Shown: positions 14,368 through 27,940 of the stretch, in pieces
Position numbering within the stretch: the stretch's first letter is position 1
How the letters are laid out: every line of letters begins with the position of its first letter
Assembly: GCA_951406725.2 (NCBI GenBank)
Contig: OX597820.1
Location: forward strand, 106,020,001 to 106,084,000
Direction of reading: 5' to 3'
From: Octopus vulgaris
Taxonomy: Eukaryota
Length of the DNA: 64,000 nt
Translations under genes and position numbers: made by a program
The notes under the pieces: model-generated
Database searches by the model: none
What the model saw: only the letters and a program-made list of their open reading frames with translations
Told to the model about the DNA's origin: nothing

Positions 14368-14554
14368 CAGTAGTTTTATTTTTTAGTGTGCTTTCACTTC
14401 ACTACCGAGTGCAGCTCTGTGTGCCTTGGGTATGTGCTGTGATTTGTTGTGATGCTCTGATGGTTATTGTATGGAAAGTGTTCTGCATAGGATGTGTGCA
14501 GTGCCTAGTAGTGCAATTTTCTGTATGTTATATGTGTTTGTAAGTCCTGGTGTT

Positions 14555-14560
<6 letters not shown>
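14368..14560 (-). mobile_element. Short 3' copy of the 11034-13181 Dong element
   Basis: Near-identical to 11034-11225 and embedded in (ATT)n on both sides. Confidence 0.9.
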
Positions 14561-14628
<68 letters not shown>

Positions 14629-14703
14629 GTTTTATCAATATTGTAGTCATTGTTTTAAAGTCAGTAGAATTAAATGTCTAAATGTTTAGTCTGGTATACA
14701 GCT

Positions 14704-14741
<38 letters not shown>

Positions 14742-16569
14742 TATCATCATCATTATTATTATTATTGGACAAAACTTCTTGGCAGTATTCTAAGGTATGA
14801 TACCTTCCTACCACCAACTTTTGTGTTCTTTGCACTGTTGCCTAAATGGTGTCATTTGAAGACTCATGGAAATAAGCATACATGCATATGCACTCACACC
14901 TATCCCATATGCTCCTATGCTGTTTCCATTTACCAGTTTCATTGCCAAGGCATTGATCAATTTGATGTTATGGAAGACACTTGCCTGTTGTTCCATATAT
15001 GTATATAATCATCAGCTGTCCATCTGTTATAAGAAAAGCAGATTCAATTTGAGTCATATAGTGGTTGTATATATATGTGTGTGTGCATGTAGTCAAGCAG
15101 TATATTATTATTGGTTATAGCATATAACTGACCAAAATGTTACCTTTGGCTTTGCACCCCAACTATTGTATCTGGGCAATATTGACAACTTTACAGTTAT
15201 ACTTGCTGGAAAAGTGGTCATATTGCATGGGTGCAATATGTGGCATGAAACTGGTGGTAATATTCTGGCCAGTTATAATGCCATAACCAGGAAATTATTG
15301 CCCAACAATATATTTAATTGGTGATTTACTACCAGATATCATCATAGTACACAACACTATACTCTTTCCTTTAACTATGCTTGGATTATTCCTACAACAC
15401 ACAATGATGATCATACCACATCTACCTACTGGTGCCCAAACAAAACTGCTGACAAACACCCTGATGATTTAGGAAAACCACAGTAACTTCTCAAAAAGAA
15501 TTTTGGAGTGCTCATGGTAATTTTCAAGGTACAGATACAACATCGATTTTCTGAAGCCTTCTGTTCCAAAACTTTTCTGGACTACTGATTTTTCACCTCA
15601 AATTAAACAGATATTATATTTATTTAATTAAATTACGTACAGGTACCTGTGCATTAGTTTAAATCAGCTTAAAAACCTCACTCTGTGCAGGCTTTTAAGC
15701 TAACTCCTGCAGGGGGCTAATTGGGCCTGTGGCCCAAAACTAAAGAGAGTAATAATAATAAAGCATTTGTTGGTACCCTACTAATATCATATTACTTTAA
15801 ATTCAGTTTAAATGAAAAACTTGTGAGTTCACAAATTTTGGGATTTTAAAAAAAAATTTGAATTTTCAACTGTTAGCATATAACAAATCCTCATCGAGAT
15901 CTGATCCCAATGCTGGATGTTCAAGAACCAAATGAAGGGCAAAATTTCAATCCTGGGATCATCCTGATTCCAAAAATATATATGTCTATGTAGAACAAAT
16001 GTAGACTGAGATACAAGGGTCCAGGACAGACAGATGGACAGCATTTCATGTTTATCATTGCAAGGTACTGTGAAACAAAGGACACCTAGTAAACTAGACT
16101 GGTAGCTGCTGGAATTGGAAGTTCTTGCTTGTATTTTAGTGTGAATTATTAGAAGTTCCAGACCGTCAGTGTTGTATCTATATTTTCTTTTACAAAATAT
16201 GCATCTCCATACCACAAAATACGGTAATTCTCAAAATGGTTCCACAATCACTCAATGGGTTATGGAAAACTCAGCCCTCATTGCTATGGAAATAGTGTCA
16301 GAACTAAAATATGTCCTCTCTCTCTTCTAGATATAAGGAAGTTTGAGTTAGAATGTTTATTAGAGAGTTGGTATCCTGATTTGAGAATGAGATAATTTGA
16401 TGAAAGTTGTTGAAAGTTTTAAAACATTCAACTATTTATGGACTGTCTAGACCAGGCTGCCAGACAAACATTTACTGTTTAGAGAATCCTGTTGCTTCTC
16501 ACGAGAAATATAAATACATTGTATGTGTGCATATATATATATACACACGTGTGTATGTAGGCATATGTG

Positions 16570-16600
<31 letters not shown>

Positions 16601-19044
16601 GATATGGATGTGTGTGCATATGTGCAGAAACATATGCATACAACAGATACAAGTTTATCTTCCTATCTGCACCCTCAAAATTCTAGATAAGCTAATATTT
16701 GACTTATCTAACCCACACATCCCACTCTTCAAATCTCATTGATAGAGTTAGACCACTAAACTCAACCACACAGAAAATACATGGAGGCTTTAATAACACA
16801 AAATTGTTCCACACATACCATTATAACATGCACCAACATGAGTAAAGTTATTAACTCTATTCCTTGATATCCACTCACATAAAAGATACTCAACATTAAG
16901 AAACAAATCAGAATGTTGTCAAGCAAACTGTTTGTCAGGTCACCAAACCTGTATTGTGTAACTGCAATTACCTGAATGGTTAACTGCAGGGATCTGCTCT
17001 CTCACTTGCACTTTTTCAACCTGTACCTACACAGCCTTCTCACACCTCCATAAAAGTTCATAAACTAATGGACATTGCACTCACCTGTTCCTACCTGGAT
17101 GGAAATTGAAAGAAACCCATTGTGTGGTTTGTAAGGGAGTGTTTTGTGTCCTTTTGTTGTGACATCACATGATGGTCATAAATGAGCTTCATCATCATAT
17201 AAGCAATATTGTTTGTTTCCAAGGTGGCGATGGCAGTAACACTAGCGCACTGGGTGAAATTCTTAGCAGTATTTCATCTGTCTTTATGTTCTGAATTCAA
17301 ATTCCGCCAAGGTCAACTTTGCCTTTCATCCTTTCAGAGTCGATAAATTAAGTAGCAGTTGCGTACTGGGGTCGACTAACCTCCTCCCCCAAAATTTTGG
17401 GCCTTGTGCCCAGAGTAGAAAAGCATATTGTTTGTTTCTAGTCCTCCATGAAAAACATTTTCTGGCTGTGGGGAAAATATTACTTAGTTTGGAAACAGAT
17501 GAAAGTTGGTGACAGGAGGGGCATCTAACTATAGAAAATCTGCCTTAACAAGTTTTGTACCCATGCAAACATGGAAAAATGGATATTAAATGATGTTACA
17601 CCTGCTTATGTATTAGTCTATAATTTTGTATTATTACATACTTGTACATTTATTACATTTATGATTTTCTTTTTTCTCTTCCTTCATTAAAAAAAAATTG
17701 GAATCTCGATACACATAGCAATGATAAAAACTTCTACGATGTTGGAATGTCTGCTGATACTTGGGACATTTTCCAGTATTACAGGGTGCAATAGAAAAAC
17801 GTTCTATAACTTACACAACTATTTGTGATTCACTTGTGAAGTTAGACAGGTGGTAATGCTGTCTCTGTGTACTTAATGTGTTATCATTTTCTTTTAGTAA
17901 TTCTCATGGTTTGTATCAGTGTACACCATACATTTACTGTTCAAGTGTTTATCAAGAATGATGAATCTGGGTGGCTTTATTGCCACACTGTGTATAATAT
18001 TTTGATGATTTCCTGTTGCTAAAATTAACAAACTTCTTTCATTTTTACAGCTATACAATTTTCTTGTAACCTGTTTATATGGCTTTTGCTTATGTTTCAC
18101 CACATTCCAAGCATTTTCTCTTACAGACACTGTGTTAAAATTCATTTGAAAATTGTAGTATAATTGCATTTAAAGATATTTTATGCATTTTTCTTCCAAT
18201 AGTTGATTGCTAAAGGACATTAGCAGTTCATATATAAACTACTCAGACCAAGTTAATTTTGTTTTAATTGTGACCTTAAAACTGTTTTGTTTGAGAAATT
18301 TATTAGGAAAAACAATTGTTTTATACATATATATATATACACACACACATACACACTCATGCACACAATGAATATATGTGTGTGTGTGTAGGTGTGGGGT
18401 GTGTATTTGGAAACTGAGAACATCTATTTAAAACAAAATATTATACTTGTATCCTTCTTCTAAAGCTTTGTACACAATGAATCATATCCTTTCCTGGAGA
18501 AACAACCTTTAGTCATTTCTTATAAAGATACATAGTCATGAATTTATAATTGAAAAGATGACACATGACTACAACATTCATACCTTTCCATGTAGATATC
18601 GTTGTCATATATTCATTTCTTATATAGATACATAATGCAAAATAAAATGTCATGCTCAAGAACACAATGTACTACCAGAAATTGAACTCATGCCCTTACA
18701 ATCATGAGCCGAGTACCCTAATAACTAGGCCACATGTTTCAATCCACTCAACTGGTAAAAGTGAGCAGTACTTGTAATTTAAAAGGCCAGCCTTGTCACA
18801 TTCTGTGTCATGCTGAATCTGCCCAAGAACTACATTAAAACTATGCCTGTCTGTGGAGTGCTCAGCCACTTGCATGTTAATTTCATGACCAGTGCAGCTG
18901 TGTGGTAAGAAGCTTGCTTCCCAACCCCATGGTTCTGGGTTCAGTCCCACTGCATGGTACCTTGGGCAAGTGTCTTCTACTATAACCCTGGGCCGACCAA
19001 AGCCTTGTGAGTGGATTTGGTAGATGGAAACTGAAAGAAGCCAG

Positions 19045-19083
<39 letters not shown>

Positions 19084-19084
19084 G

Positions 19085-19680
19085 GAGACAAAAAGTGTAT
19101 GTACGCTGCTATATGTACATATACAAAAAACAAAATAAAATTGGAACAAGAATGTAACAGGCAACAACAAAACATCCAGACAGAAGATACATAAAAAGAC
19201 AGGAAAAAACAAGGACAGGTCATTCAGAGCTTTCTATCATAAGTCGAGTTCCAGATCGTTGTTGCAGTTTCAGCCAGTTACACTTGAGACTGCTCCAATC
19301 TGGCCGGCCCCAAGAAAATCTAAGCTAAGAGCTCTAGATACTTTGGAAGAAAGCAAGTGAATGTATACGAAAACAAGGATGGGTAAAAATGAAGAAATGG
19401 TACACAATTACAAATACAAACAACAGGACATTAACAACAGGTGTCTTTCGACTAAGGACGAATTAAATTTAACTGGCGTGTGTGGAAGTGAATCCTTATG
19501 GCAGGAACATGGGAGATGAAAGTCATGGGAAGGAATACAGGAGATGCTTCATGGATGGTAGTTGAACCAAGAAAGAAAAGTCAGGCTTGGCGAAACACCG
19601 GTCACATAGAAGGAGAGGAGAGATGTAGGGGGCAGAGGGATTGAAGAATTAGGGAGGAACGAGAAAGAGAGAGTAAAAGA
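19085..19680. repeat. Unclassified interspersed repeat, possibly a Penelope-type terminal repeat
   Basis: TA-flanked, purine-skewed, CpG-retaining segment with a GAAAC-ACCG-GTC motif at 19592-19603; no coding similarity recognised. Confidence 0.3.
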
Positions 19681-19711
19681 TTCATACAGAATTTAGATAT
19701 ATATATATATA

Positions 19712-20645
19712 CAGGGATTGGACAAAATAATGGAAACACTTAAAATTTCAAACAAATTTATTTTGATATGGGTTAGGACCACCTTTGGCAGTAATTACAG
19801 CTTGAATTCTATGAGGTATAGACTTGTACAAAGTTTGAATTGTTTCCATAGGAATTTTTGTCCATTCTTCGGCTAAAACAGTTTCCATTTCTTGTAGTGA
19901 TGATGGTAGAGGATATCGACTCCTTACTTGTTTTTCTAAAATGCACCATAAATATTCAATTATATTGATATCTGGGGACTGTGGTGGCCAGATATGATGT
20001 TCAACTTCACTAGAATGTTCCTCATGCCATTCAGTAACAACTTTAGCTGTGTGAATTGGTGCATTAACATCCTGAAAGATTGCATTTCCCTCTGGAAACT
20101 GTTCTACAGGATGAATTTGATCAGATAAAATGCTTAAATAGTCTTGACTATTAATTCTGCCATGAAGGGAAACCATTGAGCTTGCAGATTTCCAAGATAC
20201 AGACCCCCTCCCCACCAGATTATCACAGATCTTCCATCCATGTTTAACAGTTGGAAGAAGGCAGTCTGGGTCAAATGCTTCTTTTGGCTGTCTCCACGTG
20301 TATACTCGGCTGGTGGTTGGAAATAAGGTAAAGGATGACTTGTCTGAGAAAATAACATTCTTTCACTGCTCTAGGGACCAATTCTGTAGGTTTTTACTCC
20401 ACTCTAAACACTTTGCAACGTTTGTCTTTAAAAGTAGTGGTTTTCTGATTGCAACTCTCCCATGAAATCCAGCTAAGTGCAGGTCCCAGTGAACAGTTTT
20501 TGTGAAAACTTAGTTCCCAAGGTGGTCATTAAGCTCTGTAGTAATTTTGGGAGCTCTACTTTTGTGAGCCTTTCTAACAATTCATGTAAGAGTCCGAGAG
20601 TCCCTATCTGGCAGTTTTGGTTTTCTTCCGGAGTTTCTTGTGGAC
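19712..20645 (-). mobile_element. Tc1-like DNA transposon, one-ended relic
   Basis: TA+cagggattggacaaaataatggaaac TIR. ORF 19748-20215 has FQDVNAPIH, WPPQSPDINIIE and AVITAKGG; upstream VIFSDKS motif. Confidence 0.88.
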
Positions 20646-21789
20646 TTAAGTAACACAAATTGCATGTTTTGTATAAGATACTGTTTGATAATTTGTCTTA
20701 TTTGTTAGTTAAAGTAGAAGAGGCTGCCGTCATAGTTTGTTTGGTCTATATCAGAGACATTAGCTACTAAGGGAGTCATTTGGCAGTGGCAGTAGAGCAT
20801 TGGATAAATTGTTATGAGGTAATCATTTTGGCTCTCTACATTCAATGTTCAAATCTCACAGAAGTCGTCTTTGCTTTTCATCCTTTTGGAATTATCATCG
20901 TCATTTAACGTTCATGCTCCATGCTGGCTACCAATCAGCTTACAAGACTATGAACCCTGCAGCGGGAGTGCAGATGGGTGGCTTTATGCTAGGAAATGAG
21001 GAGTTAAAGCATGTGAGAAGGGGGAAGAGTAGAGTAGGTTTCTTACTATGGAGGACTAAATGTGATTTCCCACATTTTAGAAGAGAGGGTGAGAATGATT
21101 GGTGGTGCTGAAAAGATAGAAAAGTGTTAATGCGATGTCTGGGTGGTCCCTCAAGGTATGAGGTGAGTGGGTCAAAGGTCAATAAATAAAGTACTTGTAC
21201 TGTACTGGGGTTGATTAATTACAATATCTTGTACCACTCCATTCAGTTTGTTAGCCCCAACTTTACATGTTCTCTGTGCTGTATGATTTAAGTGGAAGTA
21301 AATTTTAAAGCAGAAAGTTTATGGCCAAATGTACTTCCTGTTGCCATTCTTTACCTGTTTTGGTGGGAGGGGGGGGGGGTTGAGTTGTGGAGTTGTATTC
21401 CAGAGGAATTCATGAGTACAGAGATATTGGACAATTTTGTTAATAGGAAATGTCAACAAACTTCATCAGTTGCAACCCAATTACAAATAATGATGTCACA
21501 GTTTCTACATAAACTGCAAATGGGGATGTCATTGTACCTGTAGCTCAATGTAGTTTTGTAAACATTCACACATGCATACCCACACAGATATATGTGTGTT
21601 TATATATATATTTGATGGGCTTCTTTCAGTTTCTGTTCACAGAATTCTCTCACAAGGCTCTGACTGGCCCAGGGCTAAGAAGATGCTGGCTCACAGTGTT
21701 GAACAGTCGGGCTGAACCCAAATCCAATTGTTTAAGTTAAGAAGCAAATTTCTCAACCACACAACCATGCTTATGTATGTGTGTGTGTG

Positions 21790-22435
21790 TAGGCTGACAG
21801 GTTTGCAGAATGTATCTCAGGGACATCCAACTTGGCAGTAGTTTACCTGTTTCACACTTTCAGAGGGAACAGAACTTATCTTTTTCCTCCCAATGTACAT
21901 GCCCTTTGGTCTAAATTCCTCATCTCACTTTTCCTAACTTGCACTTCCTGCTCTGGAATTACGCAGCTATTCCTCTTACTTCCCTCCCCTTTTCTTCCAC
22001 AACTCTACCTGTGTCTCACCCCATTCACACCATCCCCACTATCTACATCTCACCTCCTCACCATTCCAATATTTAAACATCAAGACTCTAACACAATTTT
22101 TATGTACACATGTACCCCCCATCGACTCCTCCTCCTCCATACATTCACACTGTTCACTTGCATATGCATATACACACATACATCTCTATTCAACTTTTAT
22201 ATTTGTGGACACATCTAAACTCATGTCCCTTTCTCTTTTCTTAATTCCACCCCACATTGAACAGGACTGCCACCCAATTTCTAACACTTTATCAATTTTT
22301 TCACAGCCTCAAACTTCTCACATCTTTTCTTCGATAACAGAACTAATGTCCACAGCATTAAGATACTTTCTCTTTCTAGCTAATACCATATTTATCAAAA
22401 TTTATTCTTGTGTTGTCCGTTTCATTGTTCATTGT
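21790..22435 (+). mobile_element. Decayed Penelope-like element 3' fragment (GIY-YIG C-terminus plus terminal repeat)
   Basis: Broken reading ADRFAE..RDIQLGSSLPVSH..REQNL..CPLV resembles PLE endonuclease ends; related copy at ~23670-23950. Confidence 0.55.
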
Positions 22436-22465
22436 ATTTACACTATATGTATTTATGCGTGTGTG

Positions 22466-22517
<52 letters not shown>

Positions 22518-23250
22518 TATATATATATACACACATATATATATACAATGGTCTTCTGTACAGTTTCCATCTAATAAATTCACTGACAAAGCATTTGGTA
22601 CAGCAAAGTAGAAGCTTGGCTATACATATCAATATGTGTGTGTGTGCGAATGTATCTGTATTTTTCAATATAAACCCAAGCTATAACCAGTTTCACCATT
22701 AATGTTAGGTGCAGGTGCAACCGTTGTTTAAGAAATTTGCTTTGAAACCATGTGACTTTTTTGGTCAGCTCTCACTGCATGACACCTTGGGCAAGTGCTT
22801 TCAGCTATAACCCTGACCAGGCTAACCTTTCTATATTTGTTAGATGGAAACTATAAAGAAGCCTGTTGTGTGTGAGTATATATATGTGTGTGTATGTGTG
22901 TATAATTATATATATGTTTAATTATAATCTTATAAATGTATACTTTAAATTATGTACATGGTATGTATGTGTGCATGAATCTAATGAGCCACTCATAAAT
23001 ATATATTTACGTATACACTTATATATGTACATCTAAATCTATATACTTTTCTATCTCTCTTGTATATGTATATATATATATACACATATACATAAATATT
23101 TATGTGTGTTTGTGTATAGTTCTGTCTACTTATGCACACACACAGTCACGTGCACCAGTTCTAACTTTGTATCATTCAGTATGAAACATTCATTTATCAT
23201 TTTGTTATTCAACAATATTTTAGCATTCAATATAATTGGTTTCATTGCAG

Positions 23251-23377
23251 CCATTGCCAAAGACGTGCCTTCTGGTTTCCGTTCAGTCTGTGCCCCAAAG
23301 ACTGATTTCGATGCTGTTCAGAAGCAACAACAACAGATTCAACATATGCGCTGTGGAGGATGTGATATGCTTGTTAC
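23251..23377 (+). CDS. PDLIM: PDZ-LIM (ALP/PDLIM1/3, Zasp-like) protein, internal exon: ALP-type motif and start of LIM domain
   Basis: ttcattgcag acceptor and GTAAGT donor, phase 1 to 2. Encodes IAKDVPSGFRSVCAPKTDFDAVQKQQQQIQHMRCGGCDMLV(T); PSGFRSVxAP resembles the PDLIM1 motif and CxxC starts the LIM. Confidence 0.93.
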
Positions 23378-24384
23378 GTAAGTAATTTCTTTCTAAGCCT
23401 TTCTTGGACATATACATATACATGTACATATCCAAATAATGACTGTGAATTAGCAGTGTCATCAGAGCTTTGGACAGAATGCTACATAGTATTTGTTCTG
23501 ACACTTTGAGTTCAAATCCTACCAAAGCCAACTTTGCCTTTTATCCTTTCAGGGTCAATAAAAAATGTACCAATCCAAGGTGGTAGATTGGTAGAACAAT
23601 GAGAATATCAGATCAAATGCTTTGTAGTATTTGTTCCAGTTCTTAGTGTTCTGAGTTCGAATCTCAACTATGGGCAACTTGAGTAGTAGACTTGATCCAT
23701 TGCTGGGTCCACCATTACTTATCTTCAGTAGGAACAGAACTCATCTTTTCTCCCCCAATTTACATACGCTTTGGTACAAATTCACCACCTCATTTTTTGC
23801 ACTAACTTGCACTTTCCCCCACTGTTGCAAGCATTGGTGCCAGGTTTCTGGTTTGATGGTATCTTCCTCCCTCTCTCCTTCTAGTCTGAGAGATACCTCT
23901 GCCAAGGGGCACGGACACTGCCTTTCTTTCCTCCTGACTAAAAGATATTAAAAAATAGTTTTTTATTTTTACTTATTGTTTATTTATTGAATATCGCCAT
24001 TTCTCAACAATGGTATTGTTGGTTATAGGTTTTCATTGGTCAATCATTGAGTCAATGCATTTATGATAGTGAGGGGAGAAAAGAGCATGTCTGTAATCTG
24101 CTGTATTTACTGTTCAGAAAGGGTCAAATGGAATTTGTTAAGGCAGATTTTCTATGACTGCATGCCCTTTCTGTTGCCAACTGTTTCCAAGCAAGGTAAT
24201 ATTTTCTCATAACTAGACATGTTTTTCATGGAAGACTGAAAACAAACAGCATTGTCTATAATGACGATGATGTTCATTTACAATCATCATGTGATGTCTA
24301 CACAAGGGTACACATACACATACATATATGAATGCACATTCACAAATACATATATGAATGCACATTCACAAATATATATATATG

Positions 24385-24732
24385 TCTAGGACCCCCTTTG
24401 GTCACAAAAGACTGTGAGATTGCACCTAGAAAACTTTCCTCTGAGGTACAAGTCTGGGCAAAGTTGTTTGTAGAAGACCAGCAGTTGCCCATGAATACCA
24501 GTTTCTCTTCTCTGCACCACTGATGTTATCCAAGGTGAAAGGCAAAGGGGCCGATACAGCTTGGCACTAGTGACATCACAACTAATTTCTACAGCTGAGT
24601 GAACTGGAGCAACGTGAAATAAAGTGTCTTGCTCAAGAACACAATACACAGTGTGGTCCGGGAATCACACTCTCAACCTTATAATTCTAAGCAAGCTTGA
24701 TGCCCTAACCACACTGAGCCATGCACTCTTAC
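24385..24732 (-). mobile_element. tRNA-derived SINE with central conserved domain
   Basis: Minus-strand head gcatggctcagtg..gttaggg with B-box-like gattcccggacc, then gtgttcttgagcaagacactttatttcacgttgctccagttcactcagctg. Relatives at ~18650-18885, ~27130-27330 and ~46240-46350. Confidence 0.7.
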
Positions 24733-24746
24733 ACACACATACACAC

Positions 24747-24789
<43 letters not shown>

Positions 24790-25081
24790 TACATAGATGT
24801 ATGTATATGCATATGTATATATACATTAAGCTTCTTTTCAGTTTCCATCTACCAAAGCTACTCAAAAGACTTATGTCAGTTTGGGGCTATGACACTTATC
24901 TAAGGCACCACACAGACTGAACCCAGAACTACACAGTTGGAAAGCAAAGCTCTTAACCATTCAGCCATGCCTGTGTCTTGTTTGGAAAAATAGAATGTAA
25001 AAGAAGGGAGTGATTAACAGAGACTGGCTAAGTGATATTAAGATATGGATGGGGATAAGAACACTGGAATGCATACAAGAG

Positions 25082-25504
25082 CGCAGGTTCCCAAATGCTG
25101 TGTCGTGGCACCCTGGGGTGCTGCAAGATTAACCGAGGGGTGCCATGAAATATACATGCATATGTGGTATTGTGATTGATCATTTAGAGTCAAAAATATA
25201 TTTTGATACTATTTTAACATTATATATTGTCATCTTATATTTTGTATTTTTGTTTATAACATTTCTGTATTGTCAACTATTTCATGTTTTTTATATCAAC
25301 ATTGGTGAAATAAAGAAAAATTTTTAGTATCAATTCCAGTGACATAGTTTTCATATACATTTGTTATTATCTATGGACAAACTTTTGTTATATTGATGTT
25401 GAATCAAAAAACAACTGTCATATTAGATTTTCCAATAGGGGTGCTGTGGATTTCTGAAAGGCTTGGCAAGGGTACCTAGAGGCAGAAAAGGTTGGAATAC
25501 TGTG
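25082..25504. mobile_element. hAT-type non-autonomous element
   Basis: Degenerate ggttcccaaa ... ggttggaatactg termini with repeated subterminal ggggtgcc/ggggtgct motifs. Confidence 0.5.
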
Positions 25505-26402
25505 ATCTAGAAGAAAGGAAAACATTGGTAAAAAATATTCCAGTGCCACAATGGCAGAAAGATTATGGGTATAATTTGACTTGATTGAGACTTAGACTGA
25601 ATCTATGGCGTTGTACCAATCTCAGAAATCCTCACTATTAGTTATCAGCAATATTGCATTACATACAACTGTCTTTGGATTGGCTTATGCTTCATCATCG
25701 TGATCATCATTTTAATATCCACTTTTCCATGCTTGCATGCATTGGATGGAGTTTATTGAGGAAGATTTTCTACTGCTGGATGCCCTTCCTGTCACCAATC
25801 CTTACTTGTTTCCTAGTAAGATGATATTTGTCCATGGTCAAACATGTTTTTACAGAATATATTGGAAAAGAATGACACTGCTTGTATAATAGAGACACTG
25901 GTTTACAACAATATCCTATGATGTCAAAACAAGGTGACAAACTTACATGCGCTTGCACACAACTGCCACCCACCCATTTCTACTCACCTTGTACCTTGTG
26001 GGGTCACCTAGATACCGCATTTCCACTGTCTCTTCACAGCTCCTACTGATCATTCTCTCCCATCCCAACTGAATGACCATGCAGCTTTTCTACAAGTACC
26101 TGCTCTGCACCCCACTCTCACACTTGAACCCCTCATCCCTAGTACAAAGGCAAAAATCCCCACCACCTCAGGGTTCATAATCTTGCAAGCCACATGGTAA
26201 CCTCAGTGTTGGTGGCATGGAAACAGCACCCAGTATATGATGTAAAGTAGTTGATGTTAGGATGGGCATCCGACCATAGAAACCATACCAAAGCAAACAC
26301 TGGAGTACAATGCAGTCCCTGGACACATCAGATCCTGTTGAAATGTCCAGCCTTTGCCAGCATGAAACATGGATGTTAAATGATTATATATATATACACT
26401 CA

Positions 26403-26444
<42 letters not shown>

Positions 26445-26816
26445 TGATAGCTTTCTCTAGTTTCTCTACCAAATCTGCTTACAATGATTTGGTCAACCCA
26501 GGGCTATAGTAAAAGACACTTGCCCAAGGTGTCACGTACAGTGGGACTGAACCCCAAACCAAGTGTCTGGGAAGCAAACCTCTTAAACACACACACCTTT
26601 CACATTTGTGTATGTACTTCATTCCTGATAAATAATATTCTGTTAATTTTTTTTACTATCGTTTAGCTGCAGCATAAAATTTCAGCCTATTTTTAAAATT
26701 TACTACTTCATTTCAGAATATGAAAAAGACATCAGAAATAAGAGATTTTCATGAATCAGAATATAGAAAGCCTTGTTGAATATGTTGATAAATATTTATT
26801 TTTATTTTATATTCAG

Positions 26817-26902
26817 TGGTGTGTTTGTGAAAGCTAAAGATGTGCCTTATCATCCTGGCTGTTTCAAATGTACTACATGTTCAGTAGGACTTAAGCAAAA
26901 AG
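26817..26902 (+). CDS. PDLIM: PDZ-LIM protein, LIM domain middle exon
   Basis: tttatattcag acceptor and GTAAGT donor, phase 2 to 1, in frame with both neighbours. Encodes GVFVKAKDVPYHPGCFKCTTCSVGLKQK(G) with HxxCxxCxxC. Confidence 0.95.
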
Positions 26903-27018
26903 GTAAGTTAAAAGCATTAAAACTATACAGACATCATGTTTGTTTGGTTGGTTGTGAATTATCATAGGATCATCTTTGCATTTTCTTGTTAAATATTCAT
27001 TTTGCACATGTATGTGTA

Positions 27019-27073
<55 letters not shown>

Positions 27074-27843
27074 CAACTTAGCATATCTTGGTAGCTTTTC
27101 TATACTGAAAATGAAATATCATGCATTCTCTACCCGACCCTTGACAGTTTCTCCTGGACAAAATGCTAGTCCATTACAGCATTAACCCCCAACTGCTCTT
27201 GCTAGTGCTTGTTTTCAGCTAAGTGGCTGGGAGTAGCATTAAATGAAGGTGCCTGGCTCAGATGTTACAATGATAGGTTCATAATTATAAAATCATGAGT
27301 TCATTTCTAGACCAGGCTGTGCATTCTGTCCTTGATCAAAGCATTTCATAGAGTGTAATTAAGTGTGATTTGATTGTATTTGCATCACTTGAAAAACTGT
27401 TCATCATCATCGTTCATCATCATCATCATCATCATTTAGCATCTGCTTTCCATGCTGGTATGGGTTAGACAGCTTTACTGAAACTGGTAAGCTGTAGGGC
27501 TACACCAAGTTCCAATCTGATTTGGCATGGTTTCTATGACTGGATGCCCTTCCTAATGCCAACCACTCCAAAAGTGTAATGGGTGCTTTTTACATGAGAC
27601 ATGAGACCACTCAATGCCAGGTTGGCAATATTTGACTGTGCATGTATTGAGTTCTCCATTTAATGAATCTTCCTTTTTCTTATTCATATAAAAACACTTA
27701 TTTCTTACTATATGTATGTATTTGTGCATGTATGTGTGTGTGTGTGTTTGTGTGTTTGTGTGCATGTGTACATGGATATAGCATGTATATATACACAGGG
27801 ATACGCATTCAGGTACTGATGCATCTTTTTTCTCTCTTTCCAG

Positions 27844-27940
27844 GATATTTTGTTATGGATTCAAAATTGTATTGTGAAACTCATGCACGGCGTCATGCTC
27901 AACCACCAGGCCCTGACATGGTTGCTGTACCTGTATATAG
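27844..27940 (+). CDS. PDLIM: PDZ-LIM protein, LIM C-terminal exon
   Basis: Polypyrimidine+CAG acceptor. Encodes YFVMDSKLYCETHARRHAQPPGPDMVAVPVY(R), completing the LIM (CxxH) with a PDLIM-like tail. Confidence 0.95.

Noticed and set aside
19555-19610. ccaag..cttgg-CGAAAC-ACCG-GTC hammerhead-like 3' half
   Set aside because: No CUGANGA core and no convincing stem I.
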